Shown one piece after another: positions 24,669 to 25,533 of a DNA stretch of 25,533 bases. The DNA is taken from the IMG/VR virus record IMGVR_UViG_3300044638_004076, positions 1-25,533 of that record. One strand, 5' to 3'. Position 1 is the stretch's first letter, and the number at the start of each line of letters is the position of its first letter. Position numbers and translations under genes: made by a program. The notes under the pieces were generated by a model that saw only the letters and a program-made list of their open reading frames with translations, searched no databases and had not been told where the DNA came from. Source of the stretch: a virus (taxonomy: Duplodnaviria; Caudoviricetes).

Positions 24669-25178
24669 TTACGCCACGTCGTATTTAATACCGACAAACT
24701 CAAAACTGTTGGTATTAACGGCGTTATTTCTAAGATTGACCGCAGTATTGTGGGCAACGTATAACCCCCAAAACTTAGGCATCACACCGCCAAACAACGC
24801 CGCAACCGAAAACGGCAAAACGATGTATTGCACATCGCTGGTATTTGCAGGCACAGCAACAGACGCGCCAAACCGCAAGGCGTTCAATATTCCAGTATTG
24901 GTCAGCGTTTCCGCGCTGTCAGTACCGTCTAAAACGTCTAAGGCCGTCGTTGCCAGCGAAGTATCAGCACCCCACACATAAACGTTTATTGTCGTGTTTG
25001 CAGTTGGTGTCGTGCCGACACTGACAAAACCACTGACAAGACAATCGTTGAATTTGTTGGATGTGTTATCAATTTGACTTGACTCGCGCCCAGCAACAAA
25101 CGTAGAGTTTGAGCCAAGATTTGCCAAGTCCATCGTAATGGCAGTGTTGCTGCTGTAATTAGTGGTTGTGGTAGCCAT
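24669..25178 (-). CDS. Beta-rich phage structural-type protein (169 aa)
   Basis: GGAG RBS; Thr/Asn-rich; FSVAALFGGVMPKFWGLYVAHNT. Confidence 0.75.
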   Translation of the reverse strand: MATTTTNYSSNTAITMDLANLGSNSTFVAGRESSQIDNTSNKFNDCLVSGFVSVGTTPTANTTINVYVWGADTSLATTALDVLDGTDSAETLTNTGILNALRFGASVAVPANTSDVQYIVLPFSVAALFGGVMPKFWGLYVAHNTAVNLRNNAVNTNSFEFVGIKYDVA

Positions 25179-25240
25179 TACAACTCCAATAATTTAAGTG
25201 TTTACGCAGACGCCGCGGGCTTTTTCGGCAACGCTTATTG

Positions 25241-25533
25241 TCATGCAGATACCGCATTGTCAATTAAGAATGCGTGAACAAGAACCGCCCCGAAACCGCC
25301 GCCGCCAATATTACCGTCTGAAATCCCAACTGTGACATACATCATTTTTTGTTCAGAATTATACGCAACGCTTTTGATATATGTATTGCTGTAAGTTGTT
25401 TCGCCCGGAATATTTAATTGAAATGCTGCGTATGGCTTTACGTTGTACATTCTGTTGGTTGCCGGATTTGATGCTACAGCAGCCAAATCATCTAAATCAT
25501 AAGCGATCACTCTTACGCTGTACGGATAAGCGT
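25241..25533 (-). CDS. Partial CDS (C-terminus), possible beta-propeller blade
   Basis: Frame is open to the window edge (..AYPYSVRVIAYDLDDLAAV..SVAYNSEQKMMYVT..VHAF). Confidence 0.7.
   Translation of the reverse strand, partial: AYPYSVRVIAYDLDDLAAVASNPATNRMYNVKPYAAFQLNIPGETTYSNTYIKSVAYNSEQKMMYVTVGISDGNIGGGGFGAVLVHAFLIDNAVSA

Larger units (their letters stand above)
1..25533. mobile_element. Temperate podovirus-like phage genome segment (P22-type capsid, lambdoid immunity region, tyrosine integrase)
   Basis: Contiguous phage modules: cro/cI, recombination, xis/int, lysis, tail, ejection, capsid, scaffold. No host housekeeping genes. Phage-type genes lie on both sides of the att-like region. 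Confidence 0.97.

Noticed and set aside
1-25533. CRISPR array, rRNA, IS element or alternative genetic code
   Set aside because: No repeat-spacer array, rRNA or transposase seen; genes read intact and tightly packed in the standard code.

Overview
The whole window is temperate dsDNA phage sequence of podovirus type, roughly 60% GC by eye. The host is probably a proteobacterium (inference only). On the left are a lambdoid switch (cro on -, cI on +) with five readable GTAAC-N5-GTTAC-type operator sites and an early operon on + (ERF annealase, YqaJ exonuclease, two HNH-type nucleases flanking an SSB-like gene, small accessory genes, excisionase-like gene, tyrosine integrase). These are followed by an apparently intact attP-like region and a small cassette with its own promoter. 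The rest (7810-25533) is the late operon on -. In transcription order it holds lectin/LamG-type accessory genes, scaffold, P22-type major capsid, adaptor, tail nozzle, a small tail protein, a cupin, four ejection-type proteins (one with a lytic transglycosylase), a tail fibre with S74 chaperone, a holin-like gene, a lysozyme-membrane-domain fusion, a metallophosphoesterase and a 422-aa unknown protein. The main leads are: (i) a 'GLL' motif shared by the ejection proteins and the orphan 422-aa protein, which has a compositionally foreign C-terminal domain and a convergent overlapping small gene (possible packaged effector/immunity pair); (ii) a second convergent small membrane gene at the end of the last ejection gene; (iii) the endolysin-holin-like fusion. 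All family assignments come from motif recognition by eye; no database searches were run.
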